From an uncultured Acidimicrobiaceae bacterium (GTDB taxonomy: Bacteria; Actinomycetota; Acidimicrobiia; Acidimicrobiales; RAAP-2): a stretch of 64,000 nucleotides of DNA. Each line of letters opens with the position of its first letter. Position 1 is the first letter of the stretch. Positions 40,131 to 50,073 of the stretch are shown piece after piece. Under the pieces are notes generated by a model. The model did no database searches and was not told the origin of the DNA. It saw nothing but the letters and a program-made list of their open reading frames with translations. The position numbers were made by a program, and so were the translations under genes. The stretch covers positions 76,348 to 140,347 of the forward strand of contig CAVWFT010000003.1 of assembly GCA_963754445.1 (NCBI GenBank), read 5' to 3'.

Positions 40131-41480
40131 CTACTCCCTTCCCCAGAGGGGATCCGGATATCCGAGAGACTCGCGCCGCTCCGGGGGCAGGCGCCATGGC
40201 TGATGCACCGCCGGGCCCTCGATTCCGGCGAGTTCGGGCACATAGCGGCGCACGTACGACCCGTCCGGATCATGGCGCAGGGCCTGTCGGAGAAGGTTGA
40301 AGCGGCGGTTCGGCCTGGTGTCGTTGCCCGTTCCGGCGATCCACTGCCAGTTGCCCGAGTTGTTGGCCACGTCGGCATCGGTCAGCCAATTCATGAAGTG
40401 GGCGGCGCCGAGACGCCAGTCGAGACCCAGGTCCTTGACGAGGTACGCCGCAGCCAGCATCCGGGCCCGGTTGTGCATGAACCCTTCCCGCACGAGTTGA
40501 CGCATCGCTGCATCGACCACCGGGATTCCCGTCCGGCCCCGCTGCCAGGCTTCGAGCGCCGCCGGCTCGTGACGCCAGCGGTGGCGCCGGGGGCGGTAGT
40601 CCTGACTCGCCAGGGCAGGGAACGCGGCATTGACCTGGAGATGAAAATCTCTCCAGCACAGTTGACGGACGAACGGATCATGGCTCTCTGCCCGATGTGC
40701 CAGCTCGAGAGGGGACAGGCAACCGAAGTGCAAGTAGGCGCTCAGTCGCGACGTGTGGTCCCCGGCCAGGTCGTCGTGGATTTCCTCGTACTGTCCGGCC
40801 CAGCGCCTGACCCAGCGGGCTGCAAGAGCTCGCCCGAGCGTCTCGCCACCACGCTGACGCGCGGGCGAGATGTGAGGACCGCCGGCCGCTTTCTTGACCG
40901 CGAGCGAACCGCGAGCCACTCCCTGAGGCACCACGACGCGAGCCGGTGCCCGCACCGGGTCGCGCCAGGCGTGCGCGTGCCAGCGCAGCCAGTAGGGCGT
41001 GAAGACCGCATAATGATCCTTGCCGGCGGGCACCAGCTCGCCCGGGGGCACCACGGCGACTCCGGGAAACGTGCGGAACGAGCGGCCCACCTCGGCACAC
41101 GCCGCCGCGAGTCGCTCCTGGCGCTCCCGGGCGATCGGGCCGACGTCGTCGCTGGCCCAGACTCCTGACGCATGCACCCGATCGGCGAGAGCCGTCGTCT
41201 CCTCGACGACATCACCGCGGCGCACGAAGAGTTCACCTCCTCGCCCCCTGAGGGAGCGGCGCAGATCGGCCAGCGACTCGGAGAGGAAGGTCTCCCGGTT
41301 GGCCGACTCCAGAGAGCGCCCGATGACGGGATCGAGCACGAAGAGGGGCACCACCCGGCGAGCCTCCCTGGAGGCGGCGGCCAGGGCCGGATGGTCGTGA
41401 ATCCGCAGGTCACGGTTGAACAGCACCACCACGGTGCCCTCCCCGGTCGCTCGACCCCTGCGTCCCTTCGTGTCCGTCAC
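40131..41480 (-). CDS. phr: Deoxyribodipyrimidine photolyase/cryptochrome family protein
   Basis: FAD-binding signature TGIPVVDAAMRQL...GFMHNRARM...NSGNWQW. GTG 41480 lies directly after an AT-rich box, so the mRNA may be leaderless. Confidence 0.9.
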   Translation of the reverse strand: MTDTKGRRGRATGEGTVVVLFNRDLRIHDHPALAAASREARRVVPLFVLDPVIGRSLESANRETFLSESLADLRRSLRGRGGELFVRRGDVVEETTALADRVHASGVWASDDVGPIARERQERLAAACAEVGRSFRTFPGVAVVPPGELVPAGKDHYAVFTPYWLRWHAHAWRDPVRAPARVVVPQGVARGSLAVKKAAGGPHISPARQRGGETLGRALAARWVRRWAGQYEEIHDDLAGDHTSRLSAYLHFGCLSPLELAHRAESHDPFVRQLCWRDFHLQVNAAFPALASQDYRPRRHRWRHEPAALEAWQRGRTGIPVVDAAMRQLVREGFMHNRARMLAAAYLVKDLGLDWRLGAAHFMNWLTDADVANNSGNWQWIAGTGNDTRPNRRFNLLRQALRHDPDGSYVRRYVPELAGIEGPAVHQPWRLPPERRESLGYPDPLWGRE

Positions 41481-41685
41481 GGAACCTAATTTAGTGCTAA
41501 AAGAGCCGTCCCGACCGCACACCGAGAGCCCCCGGGAGGGGCGGGTCGGGCTCGGCGCCAACTCGATCGACGCCGAGATCCGCAACCCGGTGCAGGTCCC
41601 TGGACGGGACCGACGGGCGGCGAAGTTCGCTCGGCCCCGGGCAACTGGGAAATGATGAGCCCAGTCCGACCAAGGAGATCTGCTC

Positions 41686-42498
41686 ATGTCCACGCTCGTG
41701 GTCGATCACGCGCGTGAAGGCGTGACCGTCATCACGCTGAATCGGCCCGATCGACTCAACGCCATGAACGCGGAGTTGATCGGCGACCTCCACGACGCGC
41801 TGTCGGACCTCGGTTCTGATACCTCGTGTCGCGTCGTCGTCCTCACCGGTGCCGGGCGTGGATTTTGCGCCGGAATCGACCTGGCCGGATACGGAGCGCC
41901 ACCTGGGACGACGGGTCGAGGGCGCGTGGAGGACACCTTCGCCATTCAGACGCACATTGCCGCACTGGTCCCTCGACTCCGGGGGCTCCCCCAGCCGGTG
42001 ATCTCTGCGGTCAACGGTCCGGCTGCCGGGGGTGGTCTCGCGCTGGCGTTGGCCAGCGATATTCGCATCGCCAGCGCGTCGGCCCGGTTCAATGTGGCCT
42101 TCGTGCGTCTGGGCATCTCGGGCTGCGATATCGGTGTGAGCTGGCTCCTGCCCCGGCTGATCGGTGCCTCGCGCGCCTGGGAGCTGATGCTGACCGGTCG
42201 CCTCATCGACGCCGAAGAAGCCGATCGGATCGGATTGGTCCTGCGCGTCGTTCCCGACGCCGATCTTCTGCCGACGGCGCTCGAGACCGCGGGACTGATC
42301 GCCGCCAACAGCCCCTGGGGCATCCGCATGACCAAGGAGGTCATGTGGTCGCAACTCGAGATGGGTTCCCTCCAAGCAGGTATCGATCTCGAGAATCGGA
42401 CCCAGGTCCTCTCGTCGATGACCGGCGACATGGCCGAAGCAGTGGCTGCGTTCTTGGAGAAGCGGCCGCCACGCTACGGAGCATCAGAGGAGGTCTGA
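41686..42498 (+). CDS. Enoyl-CoA hydratase/isomerase family protein
   Basis: VVVLTGAGRGFCAGIDL crotonase motif. Confidence 0.9.
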   Translation: MSTLVVDHAREGVTVITLNRPDRLNAMNAELIGDLHDALSDLGSDTSCRVVVLTGAGRGFCAGIDLAGYGAPPGTTGRGRVEDTFAIQTHIAALVPRLRGLPQPVISAVNGPAAGGGLALALASDIRIASASARFNVAFVRLGISGCDIGVSWLLPRLIGASRAWELMLTGRLIDAEEADRIGLVLRVVPDADLLPTALETAGLIAANSPWGIRMTKEVMWSQLEMGSLQAGIDLENRTQVLSSMTGDMAEAVAAFLEKRPPRYGASEEV

Positions 42499-42563
42499 CC
42501 TCGCAGGAGTCCGGCGAGGCGATGCCGGGCGGTCGATGGGGATGAGTACCTTTAGACCTTCTC

Positions 42564-44042
42564 ATGCGGGCCTCCCAACTCATGCCCGGAGCGGCGAAGC
42601 GCTCCTGGGCGATCGCCGCCATCGCACTCGTCGCGGTGTCATGCGCCGCCTGCGCCGAGACGCCGCAGACCCCGCTCGCACTGGGAAACCCTCCGAGCTC
42701 CGTCGCCCCGAGCCCCGACTACGCGGCGGTCTGCGCACCGTTGGGCGTGGACACGAGCAGCGGGTGCCTTCGTGTCACTCTCGATGCCATCGATACGGCG
42801 CGGGCCCACGAGGGTCTCAAGCCCATGGCGCTCCCCTCCGACTTCGCACACTTGAGCGTTCCGGAACAGGTCTTCGTCGCCGTGGACCGGGAACGAGTGG
42901 ACCGCGGTCTCGCCCCGTTTCCCGGCCTTTCGCCCACCCTCGACCGAGAGGCCCAGCAGGCGGCGGGAGCAGCGCGACTGCCGCCACGACCCGGCCGGAG
43001 CTACTCCGACGTGAACCAAGAGTGGATCGGGGCGGTCGCCAACGGGCTCGATGCCGACTATCAGTGGATGTACTACGACGGGCCCAATAGCGGAGTTCCA
43101 CAGTGCTCCGACTCGCAGACGTCCGGCTGCTGGGCCGATCGCTCCATCGTGCTCAACCGCTTCGGGTCCGGACACCTGGCCGTGGGCATCGGCTACGACG
43201 CATCGGGTGACGATGCTCCCGGCGATCACGGTGGATCGTCGTTGACGGCCACGCTGGCTCATGTGACCGGGGACGGTCAGCGTTATGCGTACACCTGGAG
43301 ACAAGCGCTCGCCGCGACAGCGAGGGGAATACTGAAGCCCCTTCGCGACATTCCCGCGTCCGAATCCGACACCGGTATACGCAACCCCGCCTCCAACATC
43401 GATCCCGTGCCGGACTACACGCGCGTCTGCGCGCCGAGCGGCCTCGACAACTCGACGACGTGCATCGATGCCGTGCTGGCCGCCGTCAATCACGCCCACA
43501 TGATCGAGGGTGTTCGCCCCATGGTGCTTCCGCCGGACTTCGCCCATCTCGACGTCCCGGATCAGCTCTTCGTCGCCGTCAACCTCGAACGGGTCGACCG
43601 CAACCTCGCCCCTTTCGTCGGCCTGACGTCAGCTCTCGACGCGAATGCCCAACGGGGCGCGGACGATGCCAACGACCCGCCGGATCCGGGCAACCACTAC
43701 GTGCTCGACGACGCAGAATGGGCCGGCGGATCGTCCAACGGACTCGACGCGGTGTATGGGTGGATGTACGACGACGGCTACAACAGCGGGAACCTCGATT
43801 GCGTCCGGCGCGATGCAAGCGGGTGTTGGGGTCACCGCAAAGGCATCCTCGACGACTTCGGGTCGGGATCCAACCTTGTGATGGGTGCCGCAATCGACAA
43901 CACCGGCGACATGCACGATGGTGACAACGGAGGAACGTCGATGGCGGTGACACTGGCCGTGGCGGCGGCACCCGTCCGTTCCCTCGCCTACTCGTGGACC
44001 CAGGTCCTGGCCTCCCTCGCGCAGGCCACCTTGTCGTCGTAA
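42564..44042 (+). CDS. Secreted protein or lipoprotein with two tandem Cys-containing domains of about 200 aa (CAP/SCP-like by eye)
   Basis: Signal peptide with AVSC lipobox-like site. Internal repeat: PDYAAVCAPLGVD...FAHLSVPEQVFVAVDRERVDRGLAPF versus PDYTRVCAPSGLD...FAHLDVPDQLFVAVNLERVDRNLAPF. Confidence 0.7.
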   Translation: MRASQLMPGAAKRSWAIAAIALVAVSCAACAETPQTPLALGNPPSSVAPSPDYAAVCAPLGVDTSSGCLRVTLDAIDTARAHEGLKPMALPSDFAHLSVPEQVFVAVDRERVDRGLAPFPGLSPTLDREAQQAAGAARLPPRPGRSYSDVNQEWIGAVANGLDADYQWMYYDGPNSGVPQCSDSQTSGCWADRSIVLNRFGSGHLAVGIGYDASGDDAPGDHGGSSLTATLAHVTGDGQRYAYTWRQALAATARGILKPLRDIPASESDTGIRNPASNIDPVPDYTRVCAPSGLDNSTTCIDAVLAAVNHAHMIEGVRPMVLPPDFAHLDVPDQLFVAVNLERVDRNLAPFVGLTSALDANAQRGADDANDPPDPGNHYVLDDAEWAGGSSNGLDAVYGWMYDDGYNSGNLDCVRRDASGCWGHRKGILDDFGSGSNLVMGAAIDNTGDMHDGDNGGTSMAVTLAVAAAPVRSLAYSWTQVLASLAQATLSS

Positions 44043-44052
44043 GGTGCCGAAG

Positions 44053-44397
44053 ATGCAGTCCCAGCTCTACTTCAACCCATCGTGTTCGAAATGCCGGGGG
44101 GCCCGGGCCCTGCTCGTCGAGCACGGCATCGAGGTGGACGTTGTGCGCTACCTGGAAGTGACGCCGACGCGTGGTGATCTCCAACGCCTGATGGAGCTCC
44201 TCGGTTTCGACGATCCCCGCCTGATGATGCGAACCGGCGAGAGCGTCTACGAGGAGCTGAAGCTCGACACCCAGTCAGGGGTCGCGCTGCTCGATGCCAT
44301 CGTGGCCAACCCGATCCTTTTGGAGCGCCCCATCCTCGTGCGTGGTGAGAGGGCAGTCATCGGCCGCCCTCCGGAGCGGGTCCTCGAACTGCTCTGA
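44053..44397 (+). CDS. ArsC/Spx-family reductase-like protein
   Basis: LYFNPSCSKCR...LLERPILV is the ArsC-family pattern. Confidence 0.8.
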   Translation: MQSQLYFNPSCSKCRGARALLVEHGIEVDVVRYLEVTPTRGDLQRLMELLGFDDPRLMMRTGESVYEELKLDTQSGVALLDAIVANPILLERPILVRGERAVIGRPPERVLELL

Positions 44398-44489
44398 CGC
44401 CGAGCTGCGCACATTCCGAGCCGGGAACCCCGGGGTGCCTTAGGGTGAGTTTTCGATCGGCCGAACCTGGCTGATCGAAAGGGGGAGGG

Positions 44490-44954
44490 ATGACCTCGCA
44501 GCTGTTGATCTTCGGGATACTCGGCATCGCCAGCACGGCCGTCGCATTTTGGGCCAACCGCCATCTCTTCGAGAACGGCCGGGCCGGAAGAGTGAGCGTG
44601 CTCGAGGGGACGTACTACGTCGTCGGGGTGTGCTCCATCGGTCTCGGTTGGTATTTCAACGTCCGCTACACCCACCTGTATCCAAACGCCAGCTACATCA
44701 ACTACACCAAGATGCTCTTCAACAACTGGGCTGCCGACTCCGCGGCCCAGGACTACATCATCGTCAACGTGGTGTTGCTGCCTCTCTGGACGATCGTGGA
44801 GGGAACGCGGCGCGGCCTGCGCTGGGCGTGGATCTTCTTCGTGATCAGCCTCTTCACGAGCTTGGCCTTCTCCGTTGCGCTCTACCTCGCCTTCATGGAG
44901 CGCCAGTTCCGCTACAGCCGAGCGGATGTCTCCGTTCCTTCGAGCACGGCGTAG
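44490..44954 (+). CDS. Small integral membrane protein (DUF2834-like)
   Basis: Four hydrophobic segments. The 3' end overlaps the convergent oxidoreductase gene by 43 nt. Confidence 0.65.
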   Translation: MTSQLLIFGILGIASTAVAFWANRHLFENGRAGRVSVLEGTYYVVGVCSIGLGWYFNVRYTHLYPNASYINYTKMLFNNWAADSAAQDYIIVNVVLLPLWTIVEGTRRGLRWAWIFFVISLFTSLAFSVALYLAFMERQFRYSRADVSVPSSTA

Positions 44955-46483
44955 CCGCAGTTGTAGCCCGGAATGAAGGTGACGCCGGGGCCGCCGTGGC
45001 AGCCTGCTCCGCACAGGTACAAGCCCTCGACCGGCACCGGGTTGTCCGGCCAGCCGCGTGGCCCGGGCCTGAAGGGACCCATGAACTCGGGCTGCAACAG
45101 CCCATGACAGAAATCACCCCCCGTGCATCCGAACATCAGCTCGTAGGTGAACGCCGGGTAGTTGAGTTGGCGGTCGATCAGGTCGGGGAAATTCGGGGCG
45201 ACCGAGGCGATCTTGGCCACCATGCGGTCTGCCATTTCGTCGCGCAGCCGGTTCTGGGTCTCACGGTCGTTCGCCACCGGGAGGTAGAAGGCGAAACTGC
45301 TCGCGGCGTGCATGCCCTCCGGAGCCAGACTCGGCTCGTCGAGTGAGGGTATCTGCAGGTTGAACGATGGTGACTGGGGCACCAGGCCCCGGACACATCC
45401 CTCGAAGTCCCGTTGCATCTCCTCTGCGGTACCGAAGAAGGTGACGTTCCGGCCGAACGTGGTGCCGTTGAGCTCCTCGTAGGGGCTGCGGTACTCCGGG
45501 AGTCCCGACAGCGCGAAGTGCGCCTGAAAGTACGCGGCGCGGTGATCGATGGAGCCGACACGCCGGGCAAAACCGTCCGGCAGGGATTCGGGATCGATGA
45601 GCTGGGTGAAGGTGGCAGTCGGATCGAGGTTCGACACCACGACCGGGGCGGTCGCCACCGTGCCGTCGGTGAACTCCACACCGCGTACCGCGCCGGCATC
45701 CACCACGATGCGCGCCACCTTGACGTGGCGGCGCAACTGACCTCCGCTTCGTTCGAACAATCCACACAGGTGATCGGCCATGGTGCCGAGCCCGCCGCGC
45801 ACCTTCGACATGGTGGCCGTGCCCGGGGACGCCAGGGCAAAGGCGAGGCAGAGCGCACTGCCCGGCGTCGATGGCCCGCGGAACGTCGAGTTGACCGACA
45901 GGAAGCTCAGCATGCTGCGTACCGGTGCGTGTTTGACCTTGTCGGGTAGGAAGCGGTCGATGACATCCATGACGCTCCCGAAGTACGCCACCTGCAACGC
46001 CTCGCGTTCGTTCTCGTTGGTGGCGCACGCCCACATCTCGTCGAGCGAGCGCGGCGGCCGTCGAACGTCGAACCGACCGATCGCCCGGGCGGGCGCTTCG
46101 GCCCACGCTGCGACCTCGGCCATCCCCAACACGGCTTCGATGCCCAAGCTCTCGCCGAGGTGCTCGAGCAGCCGTTCCGGATCCGAGTACAAGAAGAGCG
46201 GTGGCTCGTCTCCACCGCTGATGGACGCCGACTGCACCTCGGGTTCGTAGATCGGGCAGGAGCCGAAGTCGAGGTCCTCGAAGATCTCATTGGGTACGGG
46301 GAATTGGATCGAACCGGCCAACTCGAAGCGATAGCCCCGAATCAGCTCCACCGTGGAGGCCATGCCCCCGATGAAGTGGTTCTTCTCCACGCACAGGACG
46401 CGCAAGCCACCCCGAGCCATGACGGCCGCCGCCGTCAAGCCGTTGTGACCTGCGCCAATGACGATCGCGTCGTAGTCGGGCAT
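44912..46483 (-). CDS. FAD-dependent oxidoreductase of the phytoene desaturase (CrtI-like) family
   Basis: YDAIVIGAGHNGLTAA dinucleotide-binding motif. 523 aa. Confidence 0.85.
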   Translation of the reverse strand: MPDYDAIVIGAGHNGLTAAAVMARGGLRVLCVEKNHFIGGMASTVELIRGYRFELAGSIQFPVPNEIFEDLDFGSCPIYEPEVQSASISGGDEPPLFLYSDPERLLEHLGESLGIEAVLGMAEVAAWAEAPARAIGRFDVRRPPRSLDEMWACATNENEREALQVAYFGSVMDVIDRFLPDKVKHAPVRSMLSFLSVNSTFRGPSTPGSALCLAFALASPGTATMSKVRGGLGTMADHLCGLFERSGGQLRRHVKVARIVVDAGAVRGVEFTDGTVATAPVVVSNLDPTATFTQLIDPESLPDGFARRVGSIDHRAAYFQAHFALSGLPEYRSPYEELNGTTFGRNVTFFGTAEEMQRDFEGCVRGLVPQSPSFNLQIPSLDEPSLAPEGMHAASSFAFYLPVANDRETQNRLRDEMADRMVAKIASVAPNFPDLIDRQLNYPAFTYELMFGCTGGDFCHGLLQPEFMGPFRPGPRGWPDNPVPVEGLYLCGAGCHGGPGVTFIPGYNCGYAVLEGTETSARL

Positions 46484-46715
46484 TGGCACGGGACTGTACT
46501 GATCGCACAATCCGAGCGCCCGGGATACGGATCGGCCCAGGTCGATCCGGTCTTTTGCCCCTGAAACCGGTCGAGGCGCCGAGGTCCCGGTCCGGCCATC
46601 GACTCGTTCCTCGTACGCAGAGCGACGACCTTTCCTCCCACCGACCGACGTGGAGACGACGTCTCGACGCCGCTGGGGGCGACGCGACACCGATGCCGCC
46701 GCACCTCATGCGGGC

Positions 46716-46782
46716 ACTGTCTTCAGTACGAATCACAACTGTCTTCAGTTACCAATCACAACTGTCTTCAGTACGAATCACA
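46716..46782. repeat. Three tandem direct repeats of 22-23 bp, ACTGTCTTCAGT(A/TA)C(G/C)AATCACA
   Basis: Copies at 46716..46737, 46738..46760 and 46761..46782. Copies 1 and 3 are identical. This is a local low-GC island. Confidence 0.9.
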
Positions 46783-46878
46783 ATTGTTAGACAACGAGTG
46801 CCAGGGTTTCCGGGGACGCAGAGCAACGGACCAGGTTGCTCGCTCCGACAGCGGAAGTGAGGCCGGTACGCTCCGCCC

Positions 46879-49524
46879 GTGCCGACGACTCAGCCTCTGG
46901 TGGGGCGCGACAGCGAGCTCGCGTTGATCGCCGGCGCGTTGGCCGACGAGGCCTCGGGCGGGGTCGCCCTGATTGGACCGGCAGGTGTCGGCAAGAGCGC
47001 CCTCGCACGGCAGGCCACCGAGCTGGCCACGCAACAGGGACTGCGGACATCGGTGATCCGGGCGACGTCGAGTGCTTCGCAGGTGCCTTTTGCCGCACTC
47101 GCTCCGCTGCTCTCGCTCCTCGACGTGCAACTCGAGGGGGAGCGAACGATCTTTGGTGCGGTCACGCGTGCACTGAAGGCGTGGGAAGGAAAACGACTCG
47201 TCGTGGTCGTCGACGACGCCCATGAGCTCGACGACGCGTCGGTCGCGCTGCTGGACCAGATGGTCGACACCGAATTGATCTTCGTGATTCTCACGGTGCG
47301 ACTGGGTGCGCAATCCGGTTCGGGGACGCTGGACATGTGGAAGGACCTCCGGGTCGGGCGGGTACAGGTTGACCCGTTGCCCGATCCGGCGATGCGAGAG
47401 ATCGCCTCGAGGAACCTCGGTGGGACGGTCGACGCAGCCACGCTGCGGCAACTGGTCTCGGCAAGCGCCGGCAACGTGCTCTTCCTGCGCGAGCTCATTC
47501 AAGGAGCCCTCGAAGCCGGACTCCTGAAGGCCCACTACGGGGTGTGGCGCCTGGAGGGATCCCTGGCCTCGTCGGCTCGCCTGCGCGACCTCATCGAGGC
47601 CAGGCTCGCCGGCCTGACCGAAGAGGAGAGGACCGCGCTCGAGCTGGTGGCCATCGGCGAGCCGCTCCTTTTGTCCGTGCTCGAGACGGTCGTCCCGGTC
47701 ACCGCGGTCGAGCAGCTCGAGGAGCGAAGCCTGCTCGAAGCGTGGACGGAGGGCATCGACCCCGAGCTTCGCCTGGCCCATCCGCTCTACGGGGAGATCG
47801 TCCGGGCCACGCTGCCCAGAGTCCGGCGGGCGCGGTTGAGCCGGGCCCTGGCCGACGCCGTCGAGAGTGACGGCGATGTCACCGGTTCCGACGTGCTCCG
47901 GGTCGCGGTCTGGCGGCTCGACGGCGGGGGTGGCCGACCAGAATCCATCGCCGCCGCTGCGCGCCGTGCGTTCCGGGCGGAGGACTACGGGTTGGCCGAA
48001 CGGCTGGGCCGTGCCGGCTGGGAAGGCTGGCAAAGAGCCGATGCGGCCCTCGTGCTGGGTGAGGCGCTCGACCTGCTGGGACGGGCGAAGGAAGCGGACG
48101 TGATCCTCAACGATGCGTTGCCGCGGGCAGCCAACGACCAGGAGAGGACGAGCCTGGCCGTGCGCCGCGCCTCGCTGCTCTTTCGCACCCTCAACCGCGC
48201 CGAGGACGCGCAGAGAGTCGTCGACGAGGCGACGGCGGTCGTCACGGACGAATCGTGCCTGCGTGAACTGCACGCGCTCGAAGGCGACCACTTGTTGCTG
48301 GCCGGTGACGTCGCCCGGGCCATCGAGGTGGATCAGCCCCTGCTGCGCGGGCCGACGGACGCCGCGTTCGCTCAGGCCTCACTCGACGTCGGGACGGCGC
48401 TCGCGTTGGCCGGGCGCACCACCGAGGCCCTCGAGCACACCGAGGCTGCGCTGGCTGTTCGGCTCGATCTCGACGACGAGCTCCAGCTCTCGCGCACCGG
48501 CGTCTACGTCGTTGCGCACACCTTGGCAATGGCCTATGCCGGCCGACTGGACGAGGCTGCTGCTCTTGCCGCCTCCGGCTACGACGTGGCGGTCGAGCGC
48601 GGCATCGTGGACGGCCAGGCCTGGCTGGGTTCGGTGCTCGCCAGCATCCGGCTCATGCAGGGCGACTTGCGCGCCGCGGTCAATCTGTTCCGCGAAGTGG
48701 CCGGGCTGTTCGGCCAGCTCAATCATCCGGGGAAACGCTGGGGACTGGCCGGCATCGCGCTGGCCGCAGGCCAGATGGGCGACCGGGCCACCAGTGAGTC
48801 GGCCGTCGCAGAACTGACCACGATGCCCGTGCCCTCGGTCCGGCTCATGGACGTCAATGTGATGCGGGGCCGGGCTTGGGCCTCGGTCGCCTCCGGCGAT
48901 CTCGTCGCGGCGCGGGAGGAACTCTGGGCCGCCAGGCGACTGGCGGAGGGCTGGGGACAGCTGGCCGGCGCTGCCGATGCCCTCTTCGATCTCGTGCGGA
49001 TCGGCGAGAAGGAAGCCGTCGACGAACTGCGCTCGCTGGCCGGTCGGATGGATGGTTCTCTCATGGCGGCCCGGGTCACCCATGCCGAGGCGGTGGCCAC
49101 CCAGGATCCGGCTGTGGCCGGTCGCGCCGCCGAGGAGTTCGAGGCAATGGGTGCCCTGCTGATGGCGGCCGAGTCAGCGGCCCTGGACGACCAGCTCTCC
49201 CGACAACGCGGCCTGCACCGGCGGGCCGCATCCGCCACGGCCACGGCGGAACGGCTGGCCGCGCAGTGTGAGGGGGCTCGCACTCCCGCGCTCTCGCTGT
49301 CCCAGGATTCCGAACGCCTTTCCGCACGCGAGCGTGAGGTCGCGCTGTTGGCCGCCACGGGCCTGACCAGTCGAGAAATGGCCGGGCGACTCTTCCTCTC
49401 GAAGCGGACAGTGGACAATCACCTCCAGCGCATCTACACCAAGCTGGGTGTGACCGGTCGCCACGAGCTCGCTGACCGGCTGCACGATGCGCCGGGCGAA
49501 CGAAACGGCGAACCGGAGGGGTAG
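46879..49524 (+). CDS. Second large ATP-binding LuxR-family (LAL) transcriptional regulator
   Basis: Walker A (GPAGVGKSAL) and C-terminal LuxR HTH (SREMAGRLFLSKRTVDNHLQRIYTKLG). GTG start. Confidence 0.85.
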   Translation: MPTTQPLVGRDSELALIAGALADEASGGVALIGPAGVGKSALARQATELATQQGLRTSVIRATSSASQVPFAALAPLLSLLDVQLEGERTIFGAVTRALKAWEGKRLVVVVDDAHELDDASVALLDQMVDTELIFVILTVRLGAQSGSGTLDMWKDLRVGRVQVDPLPDPAMREIASRNLGGTVDAATLRQLVSASAGNVLFLRELIQGALEAGLLKAHYGVWRLEGSLASSARLRDLIEARLAGLTEEERTALELVAIGEPLLLSVLETVVPVTAVEQLEERSLLEAWTEGIDPELRLAHPLYGEIVRATLPRVRRARLSRALADAVESDGDVTGSDVLRVAVWRLDGGGGRPESIAAAARRAFRAEDYGLAERLGRAGWEGWQRADAALVLGEALDLLGRAKEADVILNDALPRAANDQERTSLAVRRASLLFRTLNRAEDAQRVVDEATAVVTDESCLRELHALEGDHLLLAGDVARAIEVDQPLLRGPTDAAFAQASLDVGTALALAGRTTEALEHTEAALAVRLDLDDELQLSRTGVYVVAHTLAMAYAGRLDEAAALAASGYDVAVERGIVDGQAWLGSVLASIRLMQGDLRAAVNLFREVAGLFGQLNHPGKRWGLAGIALAAGQMGDRATSESAVAELTTMPVPSVRLMDVNVMRGRAWASVASGDLVAAREELWAARRLAEGWGQLAGAADALFDLVRIGEKEAVDELRSLAGRMDGSLMAARVTHAEAVATQDPAVAGRAAEEFEAMGALLMAAESAALDDQLSRQRGLHRRAASATATAERLAAQCEGARTPALSLSQDSERLSAREREVALLAATGLTSREMAGRLFLSKRTVDNHLQRIYTKLGVTGRHELADRLHDAPGERNGEPEG

Positions 49525-49661
49525 ACCACCCCTCCGGGCTCGCCGCCGTACACGCCTCTTGCAGCCGACTCCGCCGTCGGCGTGCACCTCCCACGCACGC
49601 CCTTCGGCGTGCCGCGGCCGGCCGGCCCCGCCTGAAGACCGGCCGGCAGCGGATCCGGCCG

Positions 49662-50073
49662 TTAGGCCGGAGTGGACCAGTCCAGTGCGAGCGCGTTCGG
49701 ATTCGACGCGCTCGAATCTGACTGGAATTGTGACACCGGGTGCCAGCCGGTGTGTGTGCGCCCTGGGCACGACGATGGACGTCGACACCCGACGCGGTGT
49801 GCCACCTGGTTGAAAGATCAGCAGTTCGACGGGGATGATGGGGTTGTTGTTCAGCGTGCCCGTACCAGACCCGAGCGACACCACCTGCGCCGTCGCGGTG
49901 ATGGCGTCACCGGGGGGTGCGGACAGTGCTGCGTTCATCTGAGCCAGCTGTTCGTTCACGGCCTGTGTTGTGGCCATGCCGTCGAGCATCGACTGGCTCG
50001 GATCCCACTCTTCCGAGATCCCCTTCGACTGCTTACTTGCCGCCTTGATATCCCTGAAGAACCCCACCGTCAT
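49662..50073 (-). CDS. Hypothetical protein, apparently frameshifted near 49715..49722
   Basis: ATG 50073 overlaps the upstream stop as ATGA. The track ORF then runs 350 nt antisense into the LuxR gene. A +1 shift gives ...DSSASNPNALALDWSTPA and a stop at 49664..49662. Confidence 0.4.

Noticed and set aside
41481-41500. AT-rich palindrome TTTAGtgCTAAA directly upstream of the photolyase GTG, as a light-regulator operator
   Set aside because: It has only 5-bp arms and no cognate regulator (LitR/CarH type) in the window. It may simply be the -10 region of a leaderless promoter.
46484-46715. 230-nt GC-rich leader of the CrtI-like gene considered as a riboswitch (an ACCUGGGC resembles the ZTP 3' element)
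   Set aside because: No matching 5' ZTP sub-domain or other riboswitch core is recognisable, and the gene function does not fit. It would need cmsearch against Rfam to exclude.
46716-46782. Direct repeats considered as a CRISPR array
   Set aside because: The repeats abut with no spacers, there are only three copies and no cas genes are nearby.
49174-49661. 3' 160 codons of track ORF 49174..50223
   Set aside because: It runs antisense into the LuxR-family gene and has an Arg/Gly-rich composition. A frameshifted end at 49662 is more plausible.
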